A stretch of 40,298 bases of DNA from Candidatus Peregrinibacteria bacterium Greene1014_49. Its GTDB lineage: Bacteria; Patescibacteriota; Gracilibacteria; Peribacterales; Peribacteraceae. The stretch is taken from NCBI GenBank assembly GCA_007376635.1, contig VMGQ01000004.1, positions 1 to 40,298 on the forward strand, given 5' to 3'. The notes beneath the pieces are model-generated. The model did no database searches and was not told the origin of the DNA. It worked only from the letters and a program-made list of their open reading frames with translations. Position 1 is the first letter of the stretch. Every line of letters starts with the position of its first letter. Position numbers and translations under genes: made by a program. Shown here in pieces: positions 8,741 to 16,270 of this stretch.

Positions 8741-8760
8741 AGTGTATCAAAAGTGTATCA
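8741..8760. promoter_or_regulatory. Candidate antitoxin operator: direct repeat AGTGTATCA-AA-AGTGTATCA
   Basis: A perfect 9-mer repeated with 11-bp phasing, 23-42 nt upstream of the antitoxin ATG. Confidence 0.5.
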
Positions 8761-8781
8761 CTTTGCAAGCTCTTCGATTTC

Positions 8782-9153
8782 TCATGATATTTTTTCGACA
8801 ATCCTCCGAATTCCTGAACAAAACACATTGGCCATATCCCGCGTTCTTCGTAGTTCTTCATCTGTCATGCATACGGCAATATTGAAGAGCCCCGGATACC
8901 TTGCGAGTGAATCCTGCATTGCTTTCAGCGCTCTCCCTTTCCAGAGCCGTTGACGATTATCCTGACCCAGCGATTCCCATCTCACATTGATGATGATCAA
9001 CGGGCAGTTCTGCGTGCCCTCTTTCCGGTTTGAGTTTTGCATCAGCTGAGAAATATGCTCGCGAAAATTAGAGGAGTCCATTGTAAGAAACTCCTGAGAG
9101 AGATCGTACGTTTGTGGTGGAGTTTCTGCCGATGGAGGATCATCCGTATTCAT
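8782..9153 (-). CDS. Hypothetical protein (124 aa)
   Basis: The ORF sits 5 nt downstream of the EEP gene stop. The longer track ORF (to 9363) would overlap the EEP gene by about 200 nt, so the internal ATG at 9153 is preferred. No family was recognised. Confidence 0.45.
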   Translation of the reverse strand: MNTDDPPSAETPPQTYDLSQEFLTMDSSNFREHISQLMQNSNRKEGTQNCPLIIINVRWESLGQDNRQRLWKGRALKAMQDSLARYPGLFNIAVCMTDEELRRTRDMANVFCSGIRRIVEKIS

Positions 9154-9158
9154 ACTTT

Positions 9159-9890
9159 TTAAATGGTCACCGTCAGCAGCACCGGCAAATGATCCGAAAG
9201 ATGGATGTCTTTCAGAATTTCTGCCTGCACATGCATGATGTTTTTGGAGCAGAGAAAGAGATCGAGCGGACGCCGTGGGTGACATGCCGGAAACGTAACA
9301 TTCTGTGGAGGGCGGACGATCCGGAGATCTGTTTCTTTGAGTAATCCGTTCAATTCCTTGCATCCGCCGAAGTCATTGAAGTCGCCGCAGACGATGGTGC
9401 TTTTTCGGGTTGAAACGATCTCGGTGATCTCCTGAAACTGTTGCTGGCGTACCGAGGCGTGCAGAGAAAAATGACTGACGAGGAGGGAAAAGTCGTTGCC
9501 TACTTCTACGTCATAGAGAAGTTTTTTTGTACCGTGTTGGAACTGTCTCGCTCTACAAGGGAGGCGATCCATCGCAAAAATTCCGTTACAGTTATCCCGG
9601 AAGAAGGGGAGGCGCCGAAGCATACTGCCATTGCCGTACTTCGGATCGATGTGGCGGCACTGGTATGCGGCGAAGGTTTTCATAAGTGAAGGGTCATGAT
9701 GCATTTCAAGGATGCAGCAGATATCAGGCTGTACCTGTGTTATGAGTGTCTGGAATCCTCGACGCACGCTGTGGAGGACTTTTTCGGGGGTATGGAGATA
9801 CCGCCAAGATTGCGTGCAATAGCTTTTCAAGGAGCCATCAAGACCTGTCTCATAGCCAAGATTGAGGAGGAGTATGCGGTGCGTGTGCAT
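9159..9890 (-). CDS. Endonuclease/exonuclease/phosphatase (EEP, DNase I-like) family protein
   Basis: LLLNLGY near the N-terminus, ICCILE, VCGDFND and SDHLPVLLTV are the EEP catalytic blocks. Confidence 0.8.
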   Translation of the reverse strand: MHTHRILLLNLGYETGLDGSLKSYCTQSWRYLHTPEKVLHSVRRGFQTLITQVQPDICCILEMHHDPSLMKTFAAYQCRHIDPKYGNGSMLRRLPFFRDNCNGIFAMDRLPCRARQFQHGTKKLLYDVEVGNDFSLLVSHFSLHASVRQQQFQEITEIVSTRKSTIVCGDFNDFGGCKELNGLLKETDLRIVRPPQNVTFPACHPRRPLDLFLCSKNIMHVQAEILKDIHLSDHLPVLLTVTI

Positions 9891-9948
9891 TTGTTATTAT
9901 TATACAATAATATTGATATATGAGCAAATTCTCAAAGAATCGAAAATA

Positions 9949-9957
9949 TGGTAGAAT
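9949..9957 (+). promoter_or_regulatory. Extended -10 element TGgTAGAAT, 6 nt upstream of the pilin ATG
   Basis: tatggtagaat-actttg-ATG(9964). Confidence 0.5.
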
Positions 9958-9963
9958 ACTTTG

Positions 9964-10365
9964 ATGTTTCGATGGCTCACCAGTGCGGCAATACTCCTCA
10001 CTCCGATTGTGGCAAACGCGAACGCTGCGCCGTCTCAGACGCGGGGGACAACTGTGCCACTGCTAGAGCCGCTGAGAACATGTACCATTCCTATTCTTTG
10101 TCCTGCCCCTCCAGACATAAATGCCGATGGAGGAGCGCTCTTTGTTTACATCAACCAAGGTCTCTTTTGGTTGCAGACGATTGCAATAGGCATTGTCATT
10201 CTGTGGCTTCTTTTTGCTGGCATTTTAATCATGATTTCCGGTAATGATCAGGGAAAACGTACACAAGCAAAGGAACATGCCATTGCGGCCATTATTGGAT
10301 TACTCATCCTCTTTCTCTTTGGGTTCATTCTCTCTGTTCTTAACGAGCGCTTCTTCATACAATGA
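9964..10365 (+). CDS. VirB2/TrbC-like type IV secretion pilin (signal peptide + 2 TM hairpin)
   Basis: Signal peptide ending ANA|A and a Cys pair. Two long hydrophobic helices are separated by the short basic loop SGNDQGKRTQAKEH. Confidence 0.7.
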   Translation: MFRWLTSAAILLTPIVANANAAPSQTRGTTVPLLEPLRTCTIPILCPAPPDINADGGALFVYINQGLFWLQTIAIGIVILWLLFAGILIMISGNDQGKRTQAKEHAIAAIIGLLILFLFGFILSVLNERFFIQ

Positions 10366-10976
10366 AACGTTTCTCTCTACTCATTGGCATCTTTGGTGGA
10401 TTACTGCACTCGGTTGCAGCGTATGCAGCCCTCTATCCCTTTGCCGATCCCTGTACGTACCTCGGTGCGGCGCGTTGCGGTACAAATACCGCCGGAGTTG
10501 AAAATCTCATAAAAGTGGCTATTGAGAGTGTCGCCACGTTTCTTGCAGTCGGTGGGGGTGCGCTTGCCGTCCTCTATACCGTTGTCGGAGGATTACAGAT
10601 GCTTCTTTCGTTTGGGGATGAAGGAAGATTCACGCGCGGCAGATCGAGCGTTACATGGGCTCTTGTAGGATTTGGAATTTTACTTGGATCTCAGATGATC
10701 GTTGGTTTCATCTCGGATACGGCGGACCTGGCCACTGGCGCTGCTGCGCCTCTTCTCACGCTCATGGAGGTCATTGTGTCTTCCATTCTTGATCTGCTCA
10801 ATGTGCTCTTCGTGATCATCATTATGGCTGCGGGTATTCGCGCGATCATCGGACGTGGCAAGCAGGAGGAATTCACCAAGGCAAAACATGCGATCGGGTT
10901 TGCGATAGCCGGCGCCCTCATTATCAATCTTGCGCGAGCACTCGCTACTGCAACCCTCAAGATCTTCATCCCATGA
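10362..10976 (+). CDS. Tandem-duplicated VirB2/TrbC-like pilin (signal peptide + 4 TM = two pilin units)
   Basis: Signal peptide ending AYA|A and a Cys pair. Two TM-loop-TM units follow, with loops SFGDEGRFTRGRSS and GRGKQEEFTKAKH. ATGA overlap with the previous gene. Confidence 0.65.
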   Translation: MKRFSLLIGIFGGLLHSVAAYAALYPFADPCTYLGAARCGTNTAGVENLIKVAIESVATFLAVGGGALAVLYTVVGGLQMLLSFGDEGRFTRGRSSVTWALVGFGILLGSQMIVGFISDTADLATGAAAPLLTLMEVIVSSILDLLNVLFVIIIMAAGIRAIIGRGKQEEFTKAKHAIGFAIAGALIINLARALATATLKIFIP

Positions 10977-11368
10977 TGCTACGTCTATTCCTTTTTCTGG
11001 CATTTCTTCCCTCCCGCGCTCTTGCGTTTTCATGGAATGCAACATGGAAATTGTATCAAATTCCATCGGCTAGTTTGTTTGGTCCCGGCGAAAATTTACT
11101 CAACAGTCTTGCCCTCGATTGGTTCAATTTCATAAGCAAACTTATCATAGGCATCTGCATCATTGCCGTGGTCTGGGGAGCAAGCACGATGCAGGGGGTT
11201 GCCACGGACGAAGCAAACAGGGAAAACGGAAAGAAGATCATTGTTGGGGCTCTGATCGGATTAGTGCTCGCAATCCTCGCAAAAGCAATCGTGGACTTTG
11301 CCGATGTTTTTATCAGTCCAACAAATTTCCCGGTGTGTGGAGCAGGGGGTGGGCCGGGATGTCCTTAA
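10973..11368 (+). CDS. VirB2/TrbC-like pilin, third paralogue
   Basis: Signal peptide ending ALA|F, a TM-loop(QGVATDEANRENGKK)-TM unit and a C-terminal Cys pair. ATGA overlap with the previous gene. Confidence 0.65.
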   Translation: MMLRLFLFLAFLPSRALAFSWNATWKLYQIPSASLFGPGENLLNSLALDWFNFISKLIIGICIIAVVWGASTMQGVATDEANRENGKKIIVGALIGLVLAILAKAIVDFADVFISPTNFPVCGAGGGPGCP

Positions 11369-11558
11369 ATTCGCGGAAGGACAACCTGCGGGTTTTCCTT
11401 CCGCGACCATCCTTTCACATCAACAGAGGCGCTCCAGCCCCGTACCAAGGCTTTGCCGCCTGGTGCGGGACTTCCGCGCACTTATTTGATTGGATGCCTT
11501 TGTGATTTGGTCAGGTCTAGTACTTTCTTTGTTCCTTAGTTCTTGTATCTTTCTTCTG

Positions 11559-13085
11559 ATGGTTCGCCAGTACATCACTACGGCTATCGATTATCCCAAT
11601 GCTGCTCCGCATATGGGGCATGTGCTCGAAAAAGTATTAGCCGACGTGTGTGCCCGCTGGATGCGGCTTCGAGGAGACCAAGTGCGTTTTCAGATCGGCA
11701 CGGACGAGCATGGCATCAAGATCCAGCAGACTGCGGAAAAAGAGAAGATTTCGCCGAAAGAACTTGTCGACCGCAATGTACCGCTGTTTGAAGATCTCTA
11801 TCGGCGGCTCGGGATTTCCAGCGATATCTTCATCCGTACATCGGATAAGAAAAAGCATTGGCCGACCGTCATTGAGCTCTGGAAACTTCTGGAGAAAGCG
11901 GGGATGCTCGAAAAGCGCACGTACACAGGGCTCTACTGCTCTGGCTGTGAACGTTTCCTCACAAAAAAAGATCTCGTCGATGGGTTTTGTGAAAATCACA
12001 AGAAAGCTCCGGAAGAAGTGAAAGAGGAAAACTGGTTTTTTATCCTCAGTAAAGAAAGCGCCTGGTTGAAAAAATTATTGAAAAAGGAATACCAGATTAT
12101 TCCGGCATTCCGTGAAAAAGAAACACTGGCTCTCCTTGATCAAGGCCTGGAAGATGTCTCGTTCTCCCGTCCAAAATCTTCTCTTGCATGGGGCATTCCT
12201 GTTCCCGGAGATGAAGGCCAGACGATGTACGTTTGGTGTGATGCGCTCACAAACTACATTTCGGGTCTTGGCTATTTCACGGATCATGAAGAGAAAGAAT
12301 GGTGGCAGGATGCCACAGTGACGCATGTCATTGGCAAAGACATTGCGCGGTTCCATGCGCTTATCTGGCCGGCGATGCTGAAAGCTGCGGGAGTGCGCAC
12401 CCCCGATCAGCTCCTCATTCACGGTTTTCTCACGAGCGAAGGACAGAAAATGAGCAAGAGCACAGGAAACGTCGTTGTGCCCGATGACGTGCTCACAAAA
12501 TTCGGCGGCAATCCTGACCCGGTGCGTTTCTATTTGAGTCACGAAGTTCCTGTAGGCAACGACGGTGATTTTTCGTGGAAGCGGATCGTTGAGCTGTATG
12601 ACAGCAAACTCCGGAACCAGTTGGGGAATCTCCTGAATCGCGTGCTGATTCTTCTCCAAAAAGAAGGCGGAGAGATCGTTTTGCCGAAGGATCATGCAAA
12701 AGATTCTGAGCAGGCCAAGTCTGGTTGGGAGCGATATACTGCATCGATGGATCGCATGGAGACGCATCTTGGGATTGCGCAAGCATTTGAGCTTATCCAG
12801 GCGCTCAATGGAGGCATTGATGTGGCGAAGCCTTGGACGTTGAAGGGAAGGGAAAAGATCGAATTGCTCGGGTGTTTTGCGGAATCCTTGCGTCATGCGG
12901 CATTACTCTTGTTGCCATTCCTCCCAGAGACGGCAAAAAAAATGAGTGTGCAGCTTGGGGTTCCGTATGCGGAGAAAATGTTGGAGAAAAATTTTGTGAT
13001 TACGGAAGAACTTCGAGAATTTGGTGGAGTGAAGGAGTGGAAGAAGATCGGAATGCCAGAAATTTTGTTTGCTCCTTTGGAATAA
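11559..13085 (+). CDS. metG: Methionine--tRNA ligase
   Basis: The HIGH-type motif (AAPHMGHV) and KMSKS are present. Start set at MVRQYITTAIDYPN; the ORF-track start at 11490 only adds a hydrophobic non-homologous extension. Confidence 0.9.
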   Translation: MVRQYITTAIDYPNAAPHMGHVLEKVLADVCARWMRLRGDQVRFQIGTDEHGIKIQQTAEKEKISPKELVDRNVPLFEDLYRRLGISSDIFIRTSDKKKHWPTVIELWKLLEKAGMLEKRTYTGLYCSGCERFLTKKDLVDGFCENHKKAPEEVKEENWFFILSKESAWLKKLLKKEYQIIPAFREKETLALLDQGLEDVSFSRPKSSLAWGIPVPGDEGQTMYVWCDALTNYISGLGYFTDHEEKEWWQDATVTHVIGKDIARFHALIWPAMLKAAGVRTPDQLLIHGFLTSEGQKMSKSTGNVVVPDDVLTKFGGNPDPVRFYLSHEVPVGNDGDFSWKRIVELYDSKLRNQLGNLLNRVLILLQKEGGEIVLPKDHAKDSEQAKSGWERYTASMDRMETHLGIAQAFELIQALNGGIDVAKPWTLKGREKIELLGCFAESLRHAALLLLPFLPETAKKMSVQLGVPYAEKMLEKNFVITEELREFGGVKEWKKIGMPEILFAPLE

Positions 13086-13090
13086 CGACG

Positions 13091-13167
13091 AACCGCAGCC
13101 AGAAAGGCTGCTCCCAATATGCTGATAACCTAAAATAGGGAGCAGGCTTTCTGCCTGCGGTTTTTTT
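13091..13167 (+). terminator. Rho-independent terminator (long compound hairpin + T7)
   Basis: aaccgcagccagaaaggctgctccc ... gggagcaggctttctgcctgcggtt followed by ttttttt. Each arm can also fold on its own. Confidence 0.75.
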
Positions 13168-13279
13168 GGAAATACAATCATTTTTTTGATATACTCCATT
13201 CGCTTCCAAGCTGATAGCGGCACCGAAGACGGTGGAGCGGCGGCGAGGGGAGCATTCTACCTCTTTTTCCAAACATCCC

Positions 13280-13591
13280 ATGTTTGACCCAATGTCTGAA
13301 CTTACAGGAACCGGTAGTGGATTTGGCGACGATACCCCTGCACCCGCAGCTACTCCCCGTCCTCCTCGTGCCCCCGGTGCTCCCGGCGGACGCTTTGCCG
13401 ATGAGATCCACTCGATTACGATCCACGGCCGCCAGCGCACGTTCTACATCGACTTGAAGCAGAGCGGTAATGGCAAGTTCTTTAAGGTCTCCGAGAAGTC
13501 TCGCGGAGGTCAGAAGACTACGATTATGTTTGATGTGGAGGATCTGCAGAAGTTTGTAGAGGCGTTGCAGGAAATGCAGGGAAAGATTTAA
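13280..13591 (+). CDS. PUR-alpha-like (DUF3276-type) nucleic-acid-binding protein with a Pro-rich N-terminus
   Basis: RTFYIDLKQSGNGKFFKVSEKSRGGQKTTIMFDVEDLQKFVEAL is the single PUR repeat pattern. The start is uncertain (13280 or 13292). Confidence 0.7.
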   Translation: MFDPMSELTGTGSGFGDDTPAPAATPRPPRAPGAPGGRFADEIHSITIHGRQRTFYIDLKQSGNGKFFKVSEKSRGGQKTTIMFDVEDLQKFVEALQEMQGKI

Positions 13592-13608
13592 CAGGAAGCA
13601 AGGGAAAC

Positions 13609-13640
13609 AAAGGATGCAAAGGAGTTCCTTCGCATCCTTT
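13609..13640. terminator. Hairpin between convergent genes (bidirectional terminator candidate)
   Basis: aaaggatgcaaagg-agtt-ccttcgcatccttt, 13 bp with one mismatch. Confidence 0.55.
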
Positions 13641-13645
13641 GAATG

Positions 13646-14905
13646 TTATGGGGATTGTATTACTGAGCTTGTATTCACATTCGCATTCACTGATGCATTG
13701 CCCTCCATAAGCAGCGCCACAATCTTCGCCGCTTCTGCCCGTGTAATCGGGTCTCCCGCACGGAAGGTTCTATCTGCGTAGCCTTCGATGATATTTCCGG
13801 CAACGGCGGTGCGGAGGATCTCTCTGTACCAGGCGTCCTCGGGGATATCGGAGAAGGGCAGTGGATCTTCCGAGATATCCGATTGCATTCCCGTTGCACG
13901 GAGGAGCATGGCAACTGCTTCCGCGCGATTCACAACGATATCCGGGCGGAAATCCCCTTCGGGATAGCCCTCTACGATGCCACGCATCAGACCGGTATAG
14001 ATCACGCGGCTGCGCAGCCGGTCATCTTCGGCGGCGTCGACGGGAATGATCGCCGAGACATCCGTAAATGATCGTGACACAGGCATTCCTTCGGGGTTCC
14101 ACGGCGCACAGGTCGACATCAGGGTGATTTTCAGAAGCTCATAACGGGAGATCTCACGATCCGGCAGAAAATATCGCGCACCGCCGAAGAGATAGCCTTC
14201 CACGATGGGTTTTTCGTCCTGCAGTGTCTGTGTGCGGTGCAAAAGTTCGATATGACGCATGGCCCAGTGACCGTCGGCATCCGGAAAAGAAGTCGGAGCG
14301 GCAGGTGCGAGTTTTAGACAAGGTGCTGCCGTGGGATCGGTTTCTTTTGCAACTTCCTCGCCGTCCGTGACGCCATCAAGATCCGTATCGGCAATCTCTG
14401 GCTCCGTCTGCGCCTGAAATTCCTCGACATTCGTGAGGCCGTCTGCATCTGGATCCTCCGTTGCATCGGGCACCTCGGGATTTTGGGCATGCAGGCGCTC
14501 GTACTCGTCCGGGATGCCGTCTTTATCCAGATCCGTCTTGTACCGTGCATCCAGCGGGAACGGATCTTCCTTGTCGCCGATGCCGTCGTTGTCGGTATCG
14601 GGCCGGGAAGGATTCGTGCGCATCTCGAACTCCTCGCCGTTGGTGAGTCCGTCCTCATCTTTATCCCAAGTGAAATCATCTACCTGCAGCAGAGGATTCC
14701 TTCCTGCACGCACTTCGGCTCCGTCCGCTTCTCCCCCTCGATCTGTATCGGCATTCATGCGGTCCGTCTCATTGCCGTCCATGCGGCCGTTGCTGTTGAC
14801 GTCTTCTAAGACATCCTTCAGGCCGTCGCCATCTGTGTCGCCCGGCGTCGCGGGACCGGCAAGGGCAAGGGGGAGCGTGAGGAGGAGAACAGCGAGGAAG
14901 CGCAT
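13646..14905 (-). CDS. Secreted protein with thrombospondin type-3-like Ca-binding repeats and C-terminal SLH domains
   Basis: Signal peptide. At least five DxDxDGxxD repeats (DTDGDGLKD, DTDNDGIGD, DLDKDGIPD, DPDADGLTN, DTDLDGVTD). Three SLH-like units follow (FPDADGHWA..., FTDVS..., FSDIPEDAWY...). Confidence 0.75.
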   Translation of the reverse strand: MRFLAVLLLTLPLALAGPATPGDTDGDGLKDVLEDVNSNGRMDGNETDRMNADTDRGGEADGAEVRAGRNPLLQVDDFTWDKDEDGLTNGEEFEMRTNPSRPDTDNDGIGDKEDPFPLDARYKTDLDKDGIPDEYERLHAQNPEVPDATEDPDADGLTNVEEFQAQTEPEIADTDLDGVTDGEEVAKETDPTAAPCLKLAPAAPTSFPDADGHWAMRHIELLHRTQTLQDEKPIVEGYLFGGARYFLPDREISRYELLKITLMSTCAPWNPEGMPVSRSFTDVSAIIPVDAAEDDRLRSRVIYTGLMRGIVEGYPEGDFRPDIVVNRAEAVAMLLRATGMQSDISEDPLPFSDIPEDAWYREILRTAVAGNIIEGYADRTFRAGDPITRAEAAKIVALLMEGNASVNANVNTSSVIQSP

Positions 14906-14924
14906 GGGAAGATAGTGTGCCTTT

Positions 14925-15809
14925 TTATCGTTGTCCGTGCATCCATTCTTCTCCTGTCATCGGTTTTCCTCCGGAGGGCTGGACCGTGATCAGATGCAGC
15001 GTTGTGTCGTTTTTGCAGGACAAAGGAGTTGTTTGAGATCTGGCTACGAGATCCGTTGCGAGTAATTTCAGAGTAGAATCATTGTCGAGAGAGAGCGTAA
15101 CTCCGGGCCAAGGATTCAGAGCGCGAACGCAACGGTCGATCTCTGCCGCAGTCATGGTCTTTGGATCCACGATGCCACTTGAGCGAGTGAGTTTTTTGCA
15201 TAGAGTGATGCCGGATTCGGATTGAGGCATTTCCTTGAGTGGATCTTGCAGGGTCTGGACGAGCAACGCTGCGCCCATGATGGCGAGACGGTCGTGGAGT
15301 TCTGAGAATGTTTCGCGCGATCCGATCATTGTTTTCTCCTGAGCGAGAATTGGTCCGGCATCCAGCATCTTTACCATGCGTTGCACCGTGATTCCGGTTT
15401 CAGAATCTCCTTCAAGGATTGCATGTTGGATCGGCGATGCGCCGCGCCATCGGGGAAGGAGAGAGGCATGGAGATTGAGTGGTGCGATTCTTGGAAACGC
15501 GAGGAGAGATTCTTTCAGAAGCTGGCCGTAGGCGACGACGACGAGGTAGTCGGGTACCGGAGATCGGTTATCGGCTATCGGGGGTAGTTCACTATTGATA
15601 TCCGATGGTTGCCAAACAGGAATGCCCAGTTTCTCTGCGGTGATTTTTACTGGGGGTGGAGTAATGATCCCTTTGCGTCCCACAGGCTTATCGGGCTGTG
15701 TGATGACGAGGTCGACGATGAATGCGGGATGCTTCGCAAGCGCTTCCAGGGAAGGTACGGCAAAGGCTGGAGTGCCGGCGAAGATGATGTGGAGAGGGGG
15801 GGCAGGCAT
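14925..15809 (-). CDS. fmt: Methionyl-tRNA formyltransferase
   Basis: IIFAGTPAFAVPSL, NLHASLLPRWRGASPIQHAIL and GITVQRM blocks. Confidence 0.9.
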   Translation of the reverse strand: MPAPPLHIIFAGTPAFAVPSLEALAKHPAFIVDLVITQPDKPVGRKGIITPPPVKITAEKLGIPVWQPSDINSELPPIADNRSPVPDYLVVVAYGQLLKESLLAFPRIAPLNLHASLLPRWRGASPIQHAILEGDSETGITVQRMVKMLDAGPILAQEKTMIGSRETFSELHDRLAIMGAALLVQTLQDPLKEMPQSESGITLCKKLTRSSGIVDPKTMTAAEIDRCVRALNPWPGVTLSLDNDSTLKLLATDLVARSQTTPLSCKNDTTLHLITVQPSGGKPMTGEEWMHGQR

Positions 15810-15818
15810 TTCCTATGG

Positions 15819-15831
15819 ATTGTACTATAAT
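15819..15831. promoter_or_regulatory. Back-to-back -10 boxes in the 28-bp fmt/rbfA divergent gap
   Basis: TATAAT (15826-15831, + strand) lies 6 nt before the rbfA ATG. TACAAT (15824-15819, - strand) lies 9 nt before the fmt ATG. Confidence 0.5.
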
Positions 15832-15837
15832 TTCTCT

Positions 15838-16161
15838 ATGCCGCGCCGTCCGGAAATGCTCGCATCGGAAATCCGCAAGCTTATTGCACCTGTGCTGCGT
15901 GAGTGCCCTCCCGAGTGTGGCATCGTAACGATCACAGAAGTGGAGGTCAGCCCGGATTCCAGCATCATCACGGTTCGCGTAAGCGCGCTACAGAATTCTG
16001 CAGCGGCATTGGCATTCATAAAAAAGCGTCACAGGGAGCTGCGGCATGCGCTGACGGCTCTCCATCTTCATCACTTGCCTGAGTTGCGGTTCGAGATCGA
16101 TTTCCGCAGCGAACAAGGAAGCCGGATTGAAAAAATTCTGCAAGCGGAAGGAGGGCAATAG
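15838..16161 (+). CDS. rbfA: Ribosome-binding factor A
   Basis: Correct size (107 aa) and the pattern SEIRKLIAPVL...ITITEVEVSPDSSIITV...LPELRFEID. The ORF-track start at 15595 overlaps fmt and was rejected. Confidence 0.8.
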   Translation: MPRRPEMLASEIRKLIAPVLRECPPECGIVTITEVEVSPDSSIITVRVSALQNSAAALAFIKKRHRELRHALTALHLHHLPELRFEIDFRSEQGSRIEKILQAEGGQ

Positions 16162-16270
16162 ACCGTGAGAAGTTCGCTCGTCATTTCATTGTTGCAGAGC
16201 AGGCTAGCGTTTCTCGCAACACGACATCGTTGCCGCATATTTTTTCTGTCGTAGAATTTATTCCTTTACC

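Noticed and set aside
9154-9363. N-terminal 70 aa of ORF 8782-9363.
   Set aside because: It would overlap the conserved C-terminus of the EEP gene by about 200 nt in another frame. The extension is S/R/P/A-rich junk, so the internal ATG at 9153 is used.
11351-11360. 10-nt match (gggccgggat) to the 3' part of tRNA-Met, as a possible att site of a tRNA-integrated island.
   Set aside because: The match does not extend beyond 10-11 nt. A chance match of this length is plausible in 2 x 40 kb. It also lies inside the coding sequence of pilin 3.
11369-11558. Possible T-box or other riboswitch leader upstream of metG.
   Set aside because: The spacer has hairpins (cgcggaagga...tccttccgcg; cccgtacc...ggtgcggg). 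It is too short, though, and lacks the conserved T-box sequence, a specifier-loop layout and any terminator with a U-tract.
13232-13279. GTG start at 13232 for the PUR-like gene.
   Set aside because: It adds a basic, non-conserved extension (MERRRGEHSTSFSKHP). The ATG codons at 13280 or 13292 are more plausible, but this remains uncertain.
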